64,000 nucleotides of DNA from the human T2T-CHM13v2.0 reference genome, Homo sapiens. The translations under genes and the position numbers were made by a program. Where the stretch lies: the NCBI RefSeq assembly GCF_009914755.1, contig NC_060926.1, one strand, 5' to 3'. Below are positions 45,804 through 59,187 of this stretch, piece after piece. Under the pieces are notes generated by a model. That model had not been told where the DNA came from, ran no database searches, and was given only the letters and a program-made list of their open reading frames with translations. Position 1 is the first letter of the stretch. Each line of letters starts with the position of its first letter.

Positions 45804-46796
45804 GTAAGTCGCAAGCGCGGCAACGCATTTGCTTGTTTTAACCGGAGTAATTTTTCATTATGGCTTCTGGGGTCTGCGGCTCCGGAGAAACTGTTGCTGC
45901 TAGACTGCAGCTTCAGCTTCTATTAGCACTTTCCACATTTCTGGGACTGATTTTTCCCCAAGTTTTTGGAACCCAGAAAGATGCCTTTGCAAGAAAAGGC
46001 CTTCTTAATCAAGTCCTTTTTCATTTGGTTTCAAAAAAAAGCTAGAGGTTTCTTTTCTTCCCCTCGTGATTTATACCCCATCCCCCGCATTGCTTTGGGG
46101 ATTTTGTTGCAATTATGCGACAATGGTGTTTCCAGAAAACAGTCTTAATCGTTTTGCAGTCCATCTAGTCACGCTAATAAACATTTACATTTCCGCGGCT
46201 CCCCAATTCGCCCATGACTTTGAAATCTGTCTCTGGCCGCTTATCCTCGGATTATTGTTTTCATAATCGCTGTTTTTGTGTGTATGTAAACTTTAAAACC
46301 AAACGTTTTCTATTAAAAAAGAAAAGTCAAGTCGTAGCCACCCTAGGAGAGCTGCAAGTTTCGCCCGTCCCTGGCAGCTGTTTCGGCCGCCTCCGCCCTC
46401 ACCCGGTGTTTGTTGTCTCTGGTCTCTGTGTTTACCTTCGCGCTTCACCCCGAAGGGCGACTTGGGGTCTTCTGGGAGATGAGCCGGTTTACGGCGACAA
46501 CCCAAGTCCGGTTGTAGGCAGGGTTGCAGCGGGGAACACGGAGGCATCTTTGATTTATAGCCTCAGCGAAGTGCAACTTTCCGGCGCCTGGACCTTCGCC
46601 CGGGTGATCGCCCCTGCTCCGCGCCCGGTGCGGCGACTCCTCCGCGGGCGCGTGGGGAGGAGGCGCGAGGCGGGGAGCCAGGACCCCCCGGGAGCAGCCG
46701 CAGGGGACGAGGCTGCTCACGGGTGCACTTTGTTTCTTCCCCCACTTCCTCTTGCCCTCCTCCTTCTTGCTCCCTCCCCCATCCCACCCACTCTAG

Positions 46797-48146
46797 GAAG
46801 AGCCGCGCTTCGGAACGACCCCGTTGGCCATGCTGGCGGCGACCTGCAACAAGATCGGCAACACGAGCCCGCTGACGACGCTGCCAGAGTCGAGCGCCTT
46901 CGCCAAAGGCGGCTTTCACCCCTGGAAGCGCTCCTCGTCCAGCTGCAACCTCGGCTCCAGCCTCTCGGGCTTCGCGGTGGCCACCGGGGGCCGTGGCTCG
47001 GGCGGCCTGGCGGGCGGCTCGGGCGCCGCCAACAGCGCCTTCTGCCTGGCCTCCACGTCGCCCACGTCGTCCGCCTTCAGCAGCGACTACGGCGGCCTCT
47101 TCTCCAACTCGGCGGCTGCCGCGGCGGCAGCGGCCGGGGTGTCCCCGCAGGAGGCGGGTGGCCAGTCGGCCTTCATTTCCAAGGTGCACACGACGGCAGC
47201 CGACGGGCTGTACCCGCGCGTGGGCATGGCGCACCCGTACGAGTCCTGGTACAAGTCGGGCTTCCATTCGACGCTGGCGGCCGGCGAGGTGACCAACGGC
47301 GCGGCGTCGTCGTGGTGGGACGTGCACAGCAGCCCGGGCTCGTGGCTGGAAGTGCAGAACCCCGCTGGGGGGCTCCAGAGCTCGCTGCACTCGGGCGCCC
47401 CCCAGGCCTCGCTGCACTCGCAGCTGGGCACCTACAACCCCGACTTCAGCTCGCTCACGCACTCCGCCTTCAGCTCCACGGGCCTCGGCTCCTCCGCCGC
47501 CGCCGCCTCCCACCTGCTCTCCACCAGCCAGCACCTGCTGGCCCAGGACGGCTTCAAGCCGGTGTTGCCCTCCTATTCGGACTCCAGCGCCGCCGTGGCA
47601 GCCGCCGCCGCCAGCGCCATGATATCGGGCGCCGCGGCTGCCGCCGCCGGGGGGAGCTCGGCACGCTCTGCCCGCCGCTACTCGGGCCGCGCCACCTGCG
47701 ACTGCCCCAACTGCCAGGAGGCGGAGCGGCTGGGCCCGGCCGGGGCGAGCCTGCGGCGCAAGGGCCTGCACAGCTGCCACATTCCGGGCTGCGGCAAGGT
47801 GTACGGGAAGACGTCGCACCTGAAGGCGCACCTGCGCTGGCACACGGGCGAGCGGCCCTTCGTGTGCAACTGGCTCTTCTGCGGCAAGCGCTTCACGCGC
47901 TCGGACGAGCTGCAGCGGCATCTGCGGACTCACACGGGCGAGAAGCGCTTCGCCTGTCCGGTGTGCAACAAGCGCTTCATGCGCAGCGACCACCTGAGCA
48001 AACACATTAAGACGCACAACGGGGGCGGCGGGGGCAAAAAGGGCAGCGACAGTGACACGGACGCCAGCAACCTGGAGACGCCCCGTTCCGAATCCCCCGA
48101 CCTCATCCTGCATGACTCCGGCGTCAGTGCCGCCCGGGCGGCGGCA

Positions 48147-48184
<38 letters not shown>

Positions 48185-48230
48185 CTCCGCGGGAGGCAAG
48201 GAAGCAGCGTCTGGCCCCAACGACTCTTAG
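46797..48230 (+). CDS. SP9: SP9 coding exon 2: Sp/KLF zinc-finger transcription factor Sp9 (484 aa spliced)
   Basis: Polypyrimidine tract and ctctag|GAA acceptor. [17 protein letters not shown] (Sp box), CDCPNC (buttonhead box), three C2H2 fingers with TGERPF/TGEKRF linkers, 16-Ala tract, TAG at 48228-48230. 21+1434 nt = 484 codons plus stop. Confidence 0.97.
48138..48185 (+). repeat. SP9: Coding GCN repeat: 16 alanines including 12 uninterrupted GCG (48147-48182)
   Basis: Counted from the sequence in the SP9 frame. Confidence 0.95.
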
Positions 48231-49140
48231 AGGCCGGGCGAGAGGCGCGAGCACACAAGCGAGTAGAGACACCGAGAACGAACGAGAGGTTCGGAGGGCG
48301 AGCGAGCGGGAGGCGGGAGGGCAGGGGCTTCAGTGACGCCCCCAGGGCCCGGGCTGGGCGCGAGGTGGAGCCGCTCAGGGCTCCCGGGCTGCGGTTCGCC
48401 CGCTGTGCGAGGAGCTCCCCTCTGCCTTCCGCGCCCGGATAAGAATCGAACGCGTGGTCCGGAAACAAAAGCGAACCATCCTCCGACACAAACACTTTAA
48501 AAACTGTACTCCCAGACGTACACATACACCGGAGACCTACAACCACAAGCACGCACACTCGCGCGCGCACACACATACCACTCGCCCAAACTTCTCGAGC
48601 GAAGAGCAATACATAGAAAGGCTCCCTCTTTGCCCACTCTCCACCTCCCTCCAACACCCGTCTCTTTCCTTTTCTCAAAAACAAGCCACCACCCAGCAAA
48701 GGACTGTCAGAACATTTGAAAACAAACGGGACCGATAAAAACACCCTTTGTTTGGATTATATTATATATAAAATGCTCCAAGTCCTGCCTGATATCTACT
48801 TACAATGAGACTTTTTTCCTAAAAAAGGAAGCATCAAAAGGCTTAAGGTGAGAAATTAAACTGGAAGTCTAGCGACAGTTTCTCTGTATTTCATAACATC
48901 TGTATAAATAGGGTTCAAAAGATTGTGTTCTCTTTTATTTTCTTGTAAATGTTCATTCGAATAGAGTTTTTTTGGGTGAATCCCTGAAATTCAGGGAGTT
49001 TTTTTTAATTTTCTGATGCACTTTGTGAAAGTCAGTATATATGTAAAAGATATTTAAAATGTTGAGTTATCATTTCACTCACAAACACGTAAGTTAAGGT
49101 CATCTAAAGAAATTAAATGCGTTTATCTGTATCAAGAAAA
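48231..49140 (+). other. SP9: SP9 3' UTR with candidate poly(A) signal ATTAAA near 49112
   Basis: GC-rich then AU-rich sequence after the stop; ATTAAA followed by a U-rich downstream tract. The true 3' end is not provable from sequence. Confidence 0.55.
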
Positions 49141-50769
49141 TCTTGACATCATATTTTCATTTTGGTATTATTAAAGGACTCTGAACAATACATTTCCTTT
49201 TTTAAAAATCCTGTTTCCCCCTCAATAACCTTTTCGTGGGTCGATTTTTTTTTCGGTTGGGAAAAAATTCCCTTAATGTTAGTTGTAGGTAATGTAAAGT
49301 TTATGTGGGTTATAAAAGCCATACTACATATACGTTTTTGAGAAGTCAAAATTATTTATTTGTATATCAACAACATAAATTAAATTGGGTTGTAAGGACG
49401 TGTAGTTGTATTACTTAATGTGAAGGCTCTCAAAAGGTGACATTTTAAAACTCTGGAGCGCCTAAAAAATGCAAAGGTCCTTGGCAGCTTTAATTGGGGA
49501 GGTGCCTAAACCTCTGGGAGGGGTCAGAGAAAACTCTGGTGGGTTTGTTTGTTTTTAAAAAGTGATTTAAAAACAACTGTGAAAGGAAAACGCTTAAAAA
49601 AAAAGAAGTCTTTTAGCTCCCAAGGCCCTGTATGTTGGAAGGCAACTCAAGGGAATAAATCGCTAGAGTCAATACCCCGGAAAAGACATTTCATGCCTAA
49701 ATGAAAATCTTGTTAAATGTTATTAATTTTGACTTAGAGCACACAGCAGCCCCCTGTGCCTTGTATTCCCTTATTAGGGATTCATGTCTTATCAAATATC
49801 TAATTAATCTCCTAGACATCATTTGTTCTGGCCAACTTTATCTCAGCTGGTCCGCGGGGAAAACTCCAAATATTCTCTGTGACAAAGCTCCCTTGAAGAT
49901 CTTTTTAATTGTCTAAATTAACTGCACCAAATTTGCATGTCAAACGGTAAAGGGCAACCTGAGATAAAATGTAAACGTTTTAAAAAGCCCCCAAACTAAG
50001 CACTTGATTTGATAACTAGGCTTTTTAATGTTATGGAAGACAACTGCTCCTTTCCTTTTCAAAGACGGCTGATCTATGCAAATAGTGAATTGGAAATGCC
50101 TAGGTCCCCGCGCCGTCAAATGGCCCTCGCAGGTTATTTGAATATCAGTGGCGCTGCTTCTGAAAAGGTTCAAGGATGCTCTCTGACTTCTTTGTGATTA
50201 CTCAGTGCGGCGTCTTATTCTGAAGAAAAAAACTCAGGAATAATTAAAGGCTGGGATCAGGCCTGGGAACACATTTGGGACAGGAATCTCATTTAGACAG
50301 TCTCTTTCAAAATAAGGCACAGTTAAATTGACCAGAAGGCAATTATTGAAATGAAAATTATTTTCACTCTCTTTGTCTTCTGACCACCAACTTAACAGCC
50401 CCAGTTTAAAAGAGGGAGAAAAGAGGGAGAGACAAAAAGAAAATTGGTAAATGAGATAATTTCGCAATTCGAAAAAAATGTTAATTTAGAAAATAAAGTA
50501 CATATTTACAGAATAAAAATATTTCTAAAAGATTTCCCACACAAGAGGAAATACAAGCGAAGTCAGCACCAACATATTTTTTTTTTCCATTTTTGATTAC
50601 TGTCCGCCTTGGGAATTTGAGCGAAGATTTTGATTTTTAGGAAAGAAAAAATAAATTCTTGTTATTAACAATCAGCAAAATGTTTTCTCGGAAACTGTTC
50701 TGAAACACCAAGTCGCAAAGTAGCGATAAAACAGAACGAAGGTCCCCAGCAGGGAGTTTGCAGCGTGAC

Positions 50770-53700
50770 ATTCAATGGCTTCTTCCTTCTCCTTCTTGAG
50801 CTCCCCGCGGCCAGGCTGCCCCGCTCTTCTTACTCGAGTTTTTCTTCACTTTGGCCATTTTCTCTCCCCGATCAAGCTGTTCATAACCGGGAGCCCCCCA
50901 CTCCCTAAGCGCCTCTGGTCGGGGGATGGTCTTCCGGAGAGCCGGCTGGCAGGGACGCGTTTTCCGGAGGGGCTTCGGGCCGGGGCACTGGAGGCCCAGA
51001 GGGTGCCTGGCGCGTTTGGGGGCCGCGGGCTGGCGGCGCGGAGTAGAGGGTGTGGTGGGTCTCCCCAGGAACGCGGGCGCCCGGGCGTCGGGCCCAGGGA
51101 GCTTTGTTTCTCGTTGATAATAAAGGCAGATCAAAGGGCCCGGTCGTGCAGGTCCCGCTGGCCGCGCGGCTCCCTCCGCAGGCCAGTGATCAAGGCCTGT
51201 GTGCGCTGCCTCTGCCCCGCGGGTCAGCGGACGTCCATCACCCAGGCTCCCGGGAGCGGCGGGCGGCGGCCCCGGACCGAGCGTCCAGCCGGGAGACAGC
51301 AGTCCGCGGAACCTGAGCCCAGAGGCAGCGGGGCCCCGGGGCCCCGGCCGAAGCCAACAGGCGAAAACAGGGCCTAGGCCCCCTGCCCGGCCTCCCCCAA
51401 GCCCTAGGCGCCCCTGGGGGCGCGGGGAACCTTGACCTGAGCGGGTGGCGACCGGCCGGCCGGTGATGACCAAATTGGAGACAGCGCGCGTGGGAGGCGA
51501 GATCCCGCCAGTTACAACACGAGTTCGGTCCCCAATTGCGGTGGGGCCTCGCCTCCCCAGGGCCACCTCGGGGCCCCAGAGGCCTGTGCCTTTCCGGCTC
51601 AGGGGCCAGAAGGAGCTGGAGGCGGTGGTCAGGGGCCCAAGCTCAGAGGCGGGTAGCGGCCTGGAGGTCGGTGGGGGCGGGGGACGCGGCCTGGGGGCCC
51701 AGAGTCTCGCCCGGGCCCGGTAAGGGCAGTGCGATTTCGAGTCCCCCGGTTTCCCTGGCATTTCCTGTCCCATAGCTTCCAGCGCAACAGAGGAACGAAA
51801 AGCAAGTTTTCCTCGGCCCTGCGCCCACCCAGCCACGATCCGCACCATCCTCCAGCGTTTCCTTTTCTGACACCAGTTTTCTGCCCTTGGAATGAATTGG
51901 ATTCTACCTGATGAGGAAAAAGAAAAAGAAAAGAAAGAGATTTTCTTTCCTCGAGGAGGGAAACAACATTATTTTGACTAGATTAGATTGTGCACCTGAA
52001 TGGTGCGTCTGGACTTTCCGTCAAATCGTTACAAGTCGTGTAAAATTGAATTTCTTTTTATTCGGATGGAAACTTTATTTATTTTAACTCTAATCTTATT
52101 TGCATCTATTATCTGTATTCACTAAGGCTCTCTTCCACTACAAAAATGCAGATGAAGTAAATCTCACATAAATCCCGCCCATTTGTGTAATTGGTATACT
52201 AAGTGTTTATTTTAAGTGAGAATAATTTAGCTACAAATTTTCTTAAGGAATAACATTCTTAACACATTAAAAAAACTGAAAACTCTGATTTGCTTTTATG
52301 TTTGACAGTAGCTCTTGATTCCCATAAGAGGAGCTTAGCTAGTGCGGCTCGCTGGCGCCACCTAGAGCTCCGAGGCGGAAAGGCCGTCGCCTGCCCGGCT
52401 CGCGGCTGTCAGCGCGTGGAGACCGGCTTTTGCCGCGAGCAGCAGCAACCAAGAGGATCCTGCGAAGAAACGCGACAGTTTGCGTTCCAGCGGGGAACGA
52501 GCCCTGCTATTGGGGGTGGGGAGCACTACATGGCAGTGGCTTTTGGGCAAAAGGGTCGTTTCTGGAACGTGCTAACTGAAAATCCAAACAAAACAAAATA
52601 ACGACCGGTTGGCCCTGGTCTTAGAATTGTCCATTTAACATCCTTTTCAAGGCAACTTCAGGGTCTTCCAACTTAAGAGTTGAGAGGGCTGAAGCGTTGT
52701 CGGCGGCGACGTGGACCCCAGGATGTGGGGATCCAGCTGTGGACGCAGACCCCTCTGACTCTGCATCCGTGGCTCCCGGCCCGCGAGGCCCGCGTGGACT
52801 ACCCGGGGCCCGGCTGGAACCAGGCCGATTCAAACAGGCCACCAAACCATCCCACCCCCCTACCCCCTCGTGGGCAATCAGGGAGGCAAGGGACCCGCCG
52901 CTTTCGCAGCCCCAACCCGAGGCGGGCCGGAGCAGCCTTCTGCATTGCCTTCGTCCTCCGGCGGACACCCCAGCCCGAGTGGGGCGCGGGGGGCGGCTGG
53001 GCAGGCAGGAGCCGGGCCGGTCGCGCAGGGCCCCCGAGGGCGGCGAGAAGCCCCCAAATTCCCCGCTCGAGGCCTCCCCAAAGGGTGCGCACACCCTCCT
53101 GGAGCAAACCGACCCCTTTTGTCCTCTCCTTTTCCCTTTGAAACCCAAATCTGAAATCGGGTAACAGTTGGGGGCGTTGGCCGATTTTCTCTCCTCTCAG
53201 CGTATCGTCCTCCCCCTGCCGCCCCTTTCCCTCCTCTTCCAGTCCACTATCTCCCCGACCCCAGCCCGTCTTCATACTGCGTGGAGTGACTTCCTCCTCC
53301 TCCATTTTTGTGCCCCCCACCCCCAGCGCGTATTTATTGTATTTTAATTTAAAAAGCGACACCTTCAAACCCTGCGCCCGAGGCGGCGGAGGCGCCGTCA
53401 CCCGCAGCCGCGAGAGCCCGGCCAAGGCGCCTGGGTGCCGGGCTCCCTGAACTCGCGCCGGGGAGAAGCAGTGCGTTTCCGGGGACTCGCAGCCACCTTT
53501 GCGGCGGGTAACTCGGCTGGGTTTGTATTTGCTGTTTTAATACAAACCCCGCCGCACTGCCTATTTCAAAGATGTGCTAATTACTACTTGGATAGCAGGG
53601 CGCAAAGTCCTTGTCCATTTCCCAGTACAAAGTAGGTTGCTAGAAAATTTGAAATTGCCTTTCAGCCTAAAGCTGCCTTACCTGAATGTCATAATTACAG

Positions 53701-55030
53701 TAATTATGTACATCCAAATTACATGCTAATTAAATTAGAATCAAATCGTTCTAAATCGAAATCAAATGAGGTAGTGAAGAATTAATCAATGACAACATAA
53801 ATAGAGAGCTTCCTTCAGAGATATTTATTGTAACGATACAAGGAGGAATTTGATCTGAAAAAGTCACCTGTTTGTTTACTTTCAAATTAGTAATCAGTTA
53901 TTATCGCTTCTCCATAATTTTAACCGTTCAGTGTTATTTACCCCCCACCCTTCCCAGACGCTGGAGTGTATAGAAATATGTATGAGGTAAATACATACAG
54001 ACATGCCTCCCCCATATATTGTTGATGTAAATATAGACTGTGTGTTTGCATCTCCAGTTAAGGAAAGGGTTTCAGAATGTCCGTGGGGACACGTCCCTCC
54101 AGGGCCGGCTGTCGAGGACCCGGAAAACCACAGCCCCTAAGAGTTCCAGATTTTCCAAGACCCTTATACTCTCTTCCTGTAGAATTTCATACTGGGGGTT
54201 TTGCATTGTTTTGCAGGCATGTAACCATTTCTGGGTGATTCATTTATCTATAAAGGAAATGCAAAGTGGCAGGGTGTCTGCCCCAGTCCGCATTCTGCTT
54301 GCAGATTGCTGACGAAAGTTGATATCTTCATGTTTGTCCCAGGAGCTTCATAAAGCGCCCTCTTCACCTGTGGAGCCCGAGCGACCAGAAAAATTCGCTC
54401 GCTTTCCTAACTGCTGAAGGCGAGTCCGGCCCGCGCGGGGGACTGCGCCCGAGGCCCGGCAAGCTTAGGCGGGGACTAGCAGGGCCCTCGGCGGGCGGGC
54501 CCCCAGCGAAAAGGCCTGAGAATTGCTTCTGGGGGGTGGCTTGGGCCAACGGGGGCGAGGGAGCCGCGCAGAGGGCAGGCCCCGACCCTTCCCCGCCGCA
54601 CCTTGTGGGTCGGGTGTTGGGCGGCCTCCTGGCGCGGGAGGCGCATCTGCTAGGAAGGGTGTGCGCTCCCCCCTTCTCGGCCTCCCCATTTCGGTTTGGG
54701 GTGTTTTCGCAAGGTTGCCAGACGGTGCATCCAGAAGGAAACCACCAGAGCACGCAGGGGGGCGTCGCCTCAGGATGGGAAGGGGCGACCTCAGCCAGGA
54801 TTCATCCCATCACCCTACTCCACCCCCATTCCGGCTTCCTTTAGGTTTAGGGCGACGTCCTCCTGGGAAGCCCTGCTCTGTCAACCCAGGAGCCCTCGGA
54901 CCTCCACTTCTGTCCACCCCCTCGCGAAGCCCTTCAAGCCCAAGGGACTGGAGAAAGGCGGCTCCGGGGCAGCTCGGGCCGGAGGGTGCGTTTCTTTTCA
55001 TTCCAGGCAGCTCTCCGCGTTCGTCCCGCA
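50770..55030. promoter_or_regulatory. Three downstream non-coding CpG islands (~50770-51860, ~52330-53530, ~54350-55030)
   Basis: Very high GC/CpG blocks separated by AT-rich spacers; only low-complexity shadow ORFs. Confidence 0.8.
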
Positions 55031-56672
55031 CATCTTCGTCATTACTGCTACATTCTGGGCATTCTGGGGGTGATAAGTGTGGCGTGAAGGGAGGAGAAAG
55101 GGGAAGGTGCTGTGGAGTTACCTCTTCCTTTTCCATTAGCAGGAACCGGGTTTTAGGAGCCTCGATCAGGTAGGAGAGCTTTCAGAGGCCCCCGCTTTCC
55201 CAAACCTTAGTTTCCCCGGTCTGACTTGTTCCTCACAACTTTTTAAAGGTCTTTCTCCTTTTTGATCAGAGAATGCTCCCAAGGCCTGCAGGTATTGCAT
55301 GCTTTTATCTCTTTTCAAGAAATGATAACTATAGCAGAGCTTTTCTTTTTCAGAAAACCTAAATAAGATTTTTAAATATCCTTCAGCTGCTGAAGCTAAA
55401 AATGCTACTTTCTTCCTGGTCTTACGTCCGGAGTGTGGAGTTGCGGCCCTCCAGAGCTACCTCCACCAGCGTCTTGGCCCAGTGGTCATTAGGTAAGGAG
55501 AAGAGTGAAATGGCTCAGGTGGATTTTGAACTCTGAGCTTCAATGCCAAAGCATACGAAATGTTCAGTGATTAAAACTGGGAAACGCCTGCTCCCAGCAG
55601 CGTGGAATGATTTGATTCACTATCAGCAAGCAGTCTCATGGAAGAACAGCAAGAAAGGTCTCTTCAAGCCTTTCAGATGAAAAGCTTTCTTAAGATTACA
55701 GCCCTATGGTTCAAAACAAGATCTCCGCTTCACAATGCAAGGTAAGCAGACCTGCCACTATGCTGCAGAAACCTCTGCCCATTTTGGCCTTTATTAAAAT
55801 AAATTATGACTAATTTACCACAGAGACGTTCAGATAAACAAGTTCTAACCTAGCAACTTGGTATTTCCTGATTATTTATAAATCGACAGCACCTCCTACA
55901 GGAATTAATTTGTTAGTGTTATGTTAAATGTTAGGTTAGGGGAAAAGTCCCTGCGAAGGCAGAGGGAGAAATGCCTCCAAAATGTGTCCTATGCCTCGTG
56001 CAGTTCCAGGCTCATGGATAAATAAGAAACTTGTAAGTGTGCCAAGATTTTAAAGGAACTTCTCTATTAAGGGTAAGAATGACAAATTTCACCAGGCTGG
56101 TTTTCTAAAAAATATCCCCGTTGAGGACTTTTGTTTGGGTTCTTAAGTCGTAGATTTATTAAACGTGGAGGATTCTTCTTAGGCTTTAGGTACGTAGAGG
56201 AATCTCTACACGTACTAGACATCCCTTTTATTATGAGGTTCATCTTATGAGGTTCATCTCCTTGGTCTCTACCTTATATTTCAAAACAAAAGTAGAATTA
56301 CATGTCCAATATTTTTATTTTAAAAAATTATTTTCCATCATTAGGGTATGTGGAACACATTAACTGAGCCTCTTTAAAGCTATTTGTTATCATGGTATGA
56401 TTTTGTGTGAAAATGCCTCTCTTCCGTTTTTAAGTTTACAGTTAGAATGGTAGTTCGTTAGGGCTTTTGAGCACCCTTGGGTGACCAAGGCTGAAAGCCA
56501 AACAAAATGAACATCTTCCATAACTACATGGAAATTTTTTCTCAGAATTAGATGGTTAAAAATATTGGAGATTTTGGCAGTACTTTATAGTTTCTCAATC
56601 CTAACAATAAGGATAATTAAATCAGAGACTAAAAAAAATCTCATGGCCACTTTATAAAAAGTGGACCACATT

Positions 56673-56798
56673 GGCCAGGCATGGTGGTTCACGCCTATAA
56701 TCCCAGCACTTTGGGAGGTTGAGGCAGGCAGATTGCTTGAATTCAGGAGTTCAAGACCAGCCTGAGCAACATAGCAAGATCTCATCTGCATTAAAAAA
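56673..56798 (+). mobile_element. Alu monomer (FLAM-like)
   Basis: Left-arm-only Alu flanked by the duplicate aaaaagtggaccac. Confidence 0.88.
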
Positions 56799-57696
56799 GT
56801 GGACCACGGTTTGTGAGTCAAATGAAAAAAGTGTAAGAAATAACGTTTTAAATTCATTTTTAATTTTAGGATGCATTTCAGCATTTCTCTTCATGAACAC
56901 TGTATTGCTTCAGAAACCCTTTAAGGTAGTAAGTATTGCATAGGTTTTGACATTATAAAAATTATAAAGTCTAAAAAGGCATAAGGTAGAAAATAATCAC
57001 TGCAACACTGATGAACTCAAGGTGTAAATTAGCAGTGTTTACCAATTTCAAATGCATGCTTTTTTTTAAGTGAAGAAGGGATCTTTGAGGTGCGCTGTAA
57101 GTTATTTAACAATACTGTGGAAGGAATTCAAGTTCCTCCCCGCCCCACCCCCACCCTGCGTCTTAAAAATCTAAATAATCAAGGGTTGTTTACCTCTTCA
57201 CTTAAGTTTTTCTTAGAGGACACTTGTTTTGTGTGTGTGCACAGACAAGTCAAAGACATAATCAGATGATGTGGAGTGGTTTTACTTCTTTCAAATGTTA
57301 CTCCTACAGAATTTATGAAATTGTGACTGCCAACTATCAAAACCATCTAATCAGTATTTGTTTTGTATTAAATAGCAGATGGTTAAAAAATATAGAACAC
57401 TGATAAAAAAACTTGTGTCCAAGATGTGAAGTTATGTTTTTTGGAACTGCATGTTACTTGTGATTTGTACCAGTTCTTTCTGTAGTTTTCCTTTACCATA
57501 TCCTTTGAAACACAAGGGAAAATTTGCAGCTAAATTTAAATATGCCTTATATACCTATACTGGTGAAATATCAAAACAGTTTGCATTGTTTCATTTGAAA
57601 ATCTACCCCCTGCCCCCCGCCACGGACCACTGGTACGATCAACCAGGTATGAAGTAAAATCTTTAATAGTTGTATGCCAGTAATAGAAGGGCCAAT

Positions 57697-58662
<966 letters not shown>

Positions 58663-58709
58663 TATCCAAATGTAAACAGCTTATTCTATAGAACAAAACA
58701 CCTAAAGGG

Positions 58710-59187
58710 GGCTTAAAAGTCTTAAAGATTTATTAATCCTTAATTTATACTAATGAATTTGAATAATTATTACAATTCACTTCAAGCAAATTCAAATCCT
58801 AGAATAACAAATTTGAATTGAAAAAAGTAAATTATACCCATTCAATGTACTGTCATTCTTTTAATGATGTTTCAGAACAAAGAAAATGTCACAGAGTTAT
58901 ATGCGGTTTTTATCTGGTATGGGGAACAAGAAACAGTTACCAACAGAAAATATTTCCACAGCCCCAAAATAGCTTACTTACAAATATTTGCAAAATTCAT
59001 TCTTATAGTACTCATGTAGTTTTGTACTTGAATTGACAGTCTAGAGATGAAAAATTAAAATTGAGCTTTTTTATTAGAAAGACAACAGTACATAATTTAC
59101 CCCTTGCTAAAGGTATTCAATAAAAAAGTGGAGATATTTTTATTCCCAGGTAATTGTCACATACAGTCTTTCTTCTCTACTTCTGCT
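58710..59187 (-). other. CIR1: CIR1 3' UTR with several AATAAA signals (minus strand near 59138-59143, 59070-59075 and 58729-58734)
   Basis: tttatt hexamers on the plus strand downstream of the CIR1 stop. Confidence 0.7.

Noticed and set aside
46563-48272. 569-aa antisense ORF over SP9
   Set aside because: Mirror frame of a GC3-rich CDS; low-complexity Arg/Gly/Ala content with no recognisable domain.
48981-49006. Hairpin plus T-run as an intrinsic terminator
   Set aside because: This is a Pol II eukaryotic 3' UTR, so bacterial terminator logic does not apply; kept only as an RNA-structure candidate.
50772-55173. 200-358 aa ORFs in the downstream CpG islands
   Set aside because: Pro/Gly/Arg-rich ORFs occur on several frames and both strands, as expected from stop-codon scarcity in GC-rich DNA; no domain or exon structure.
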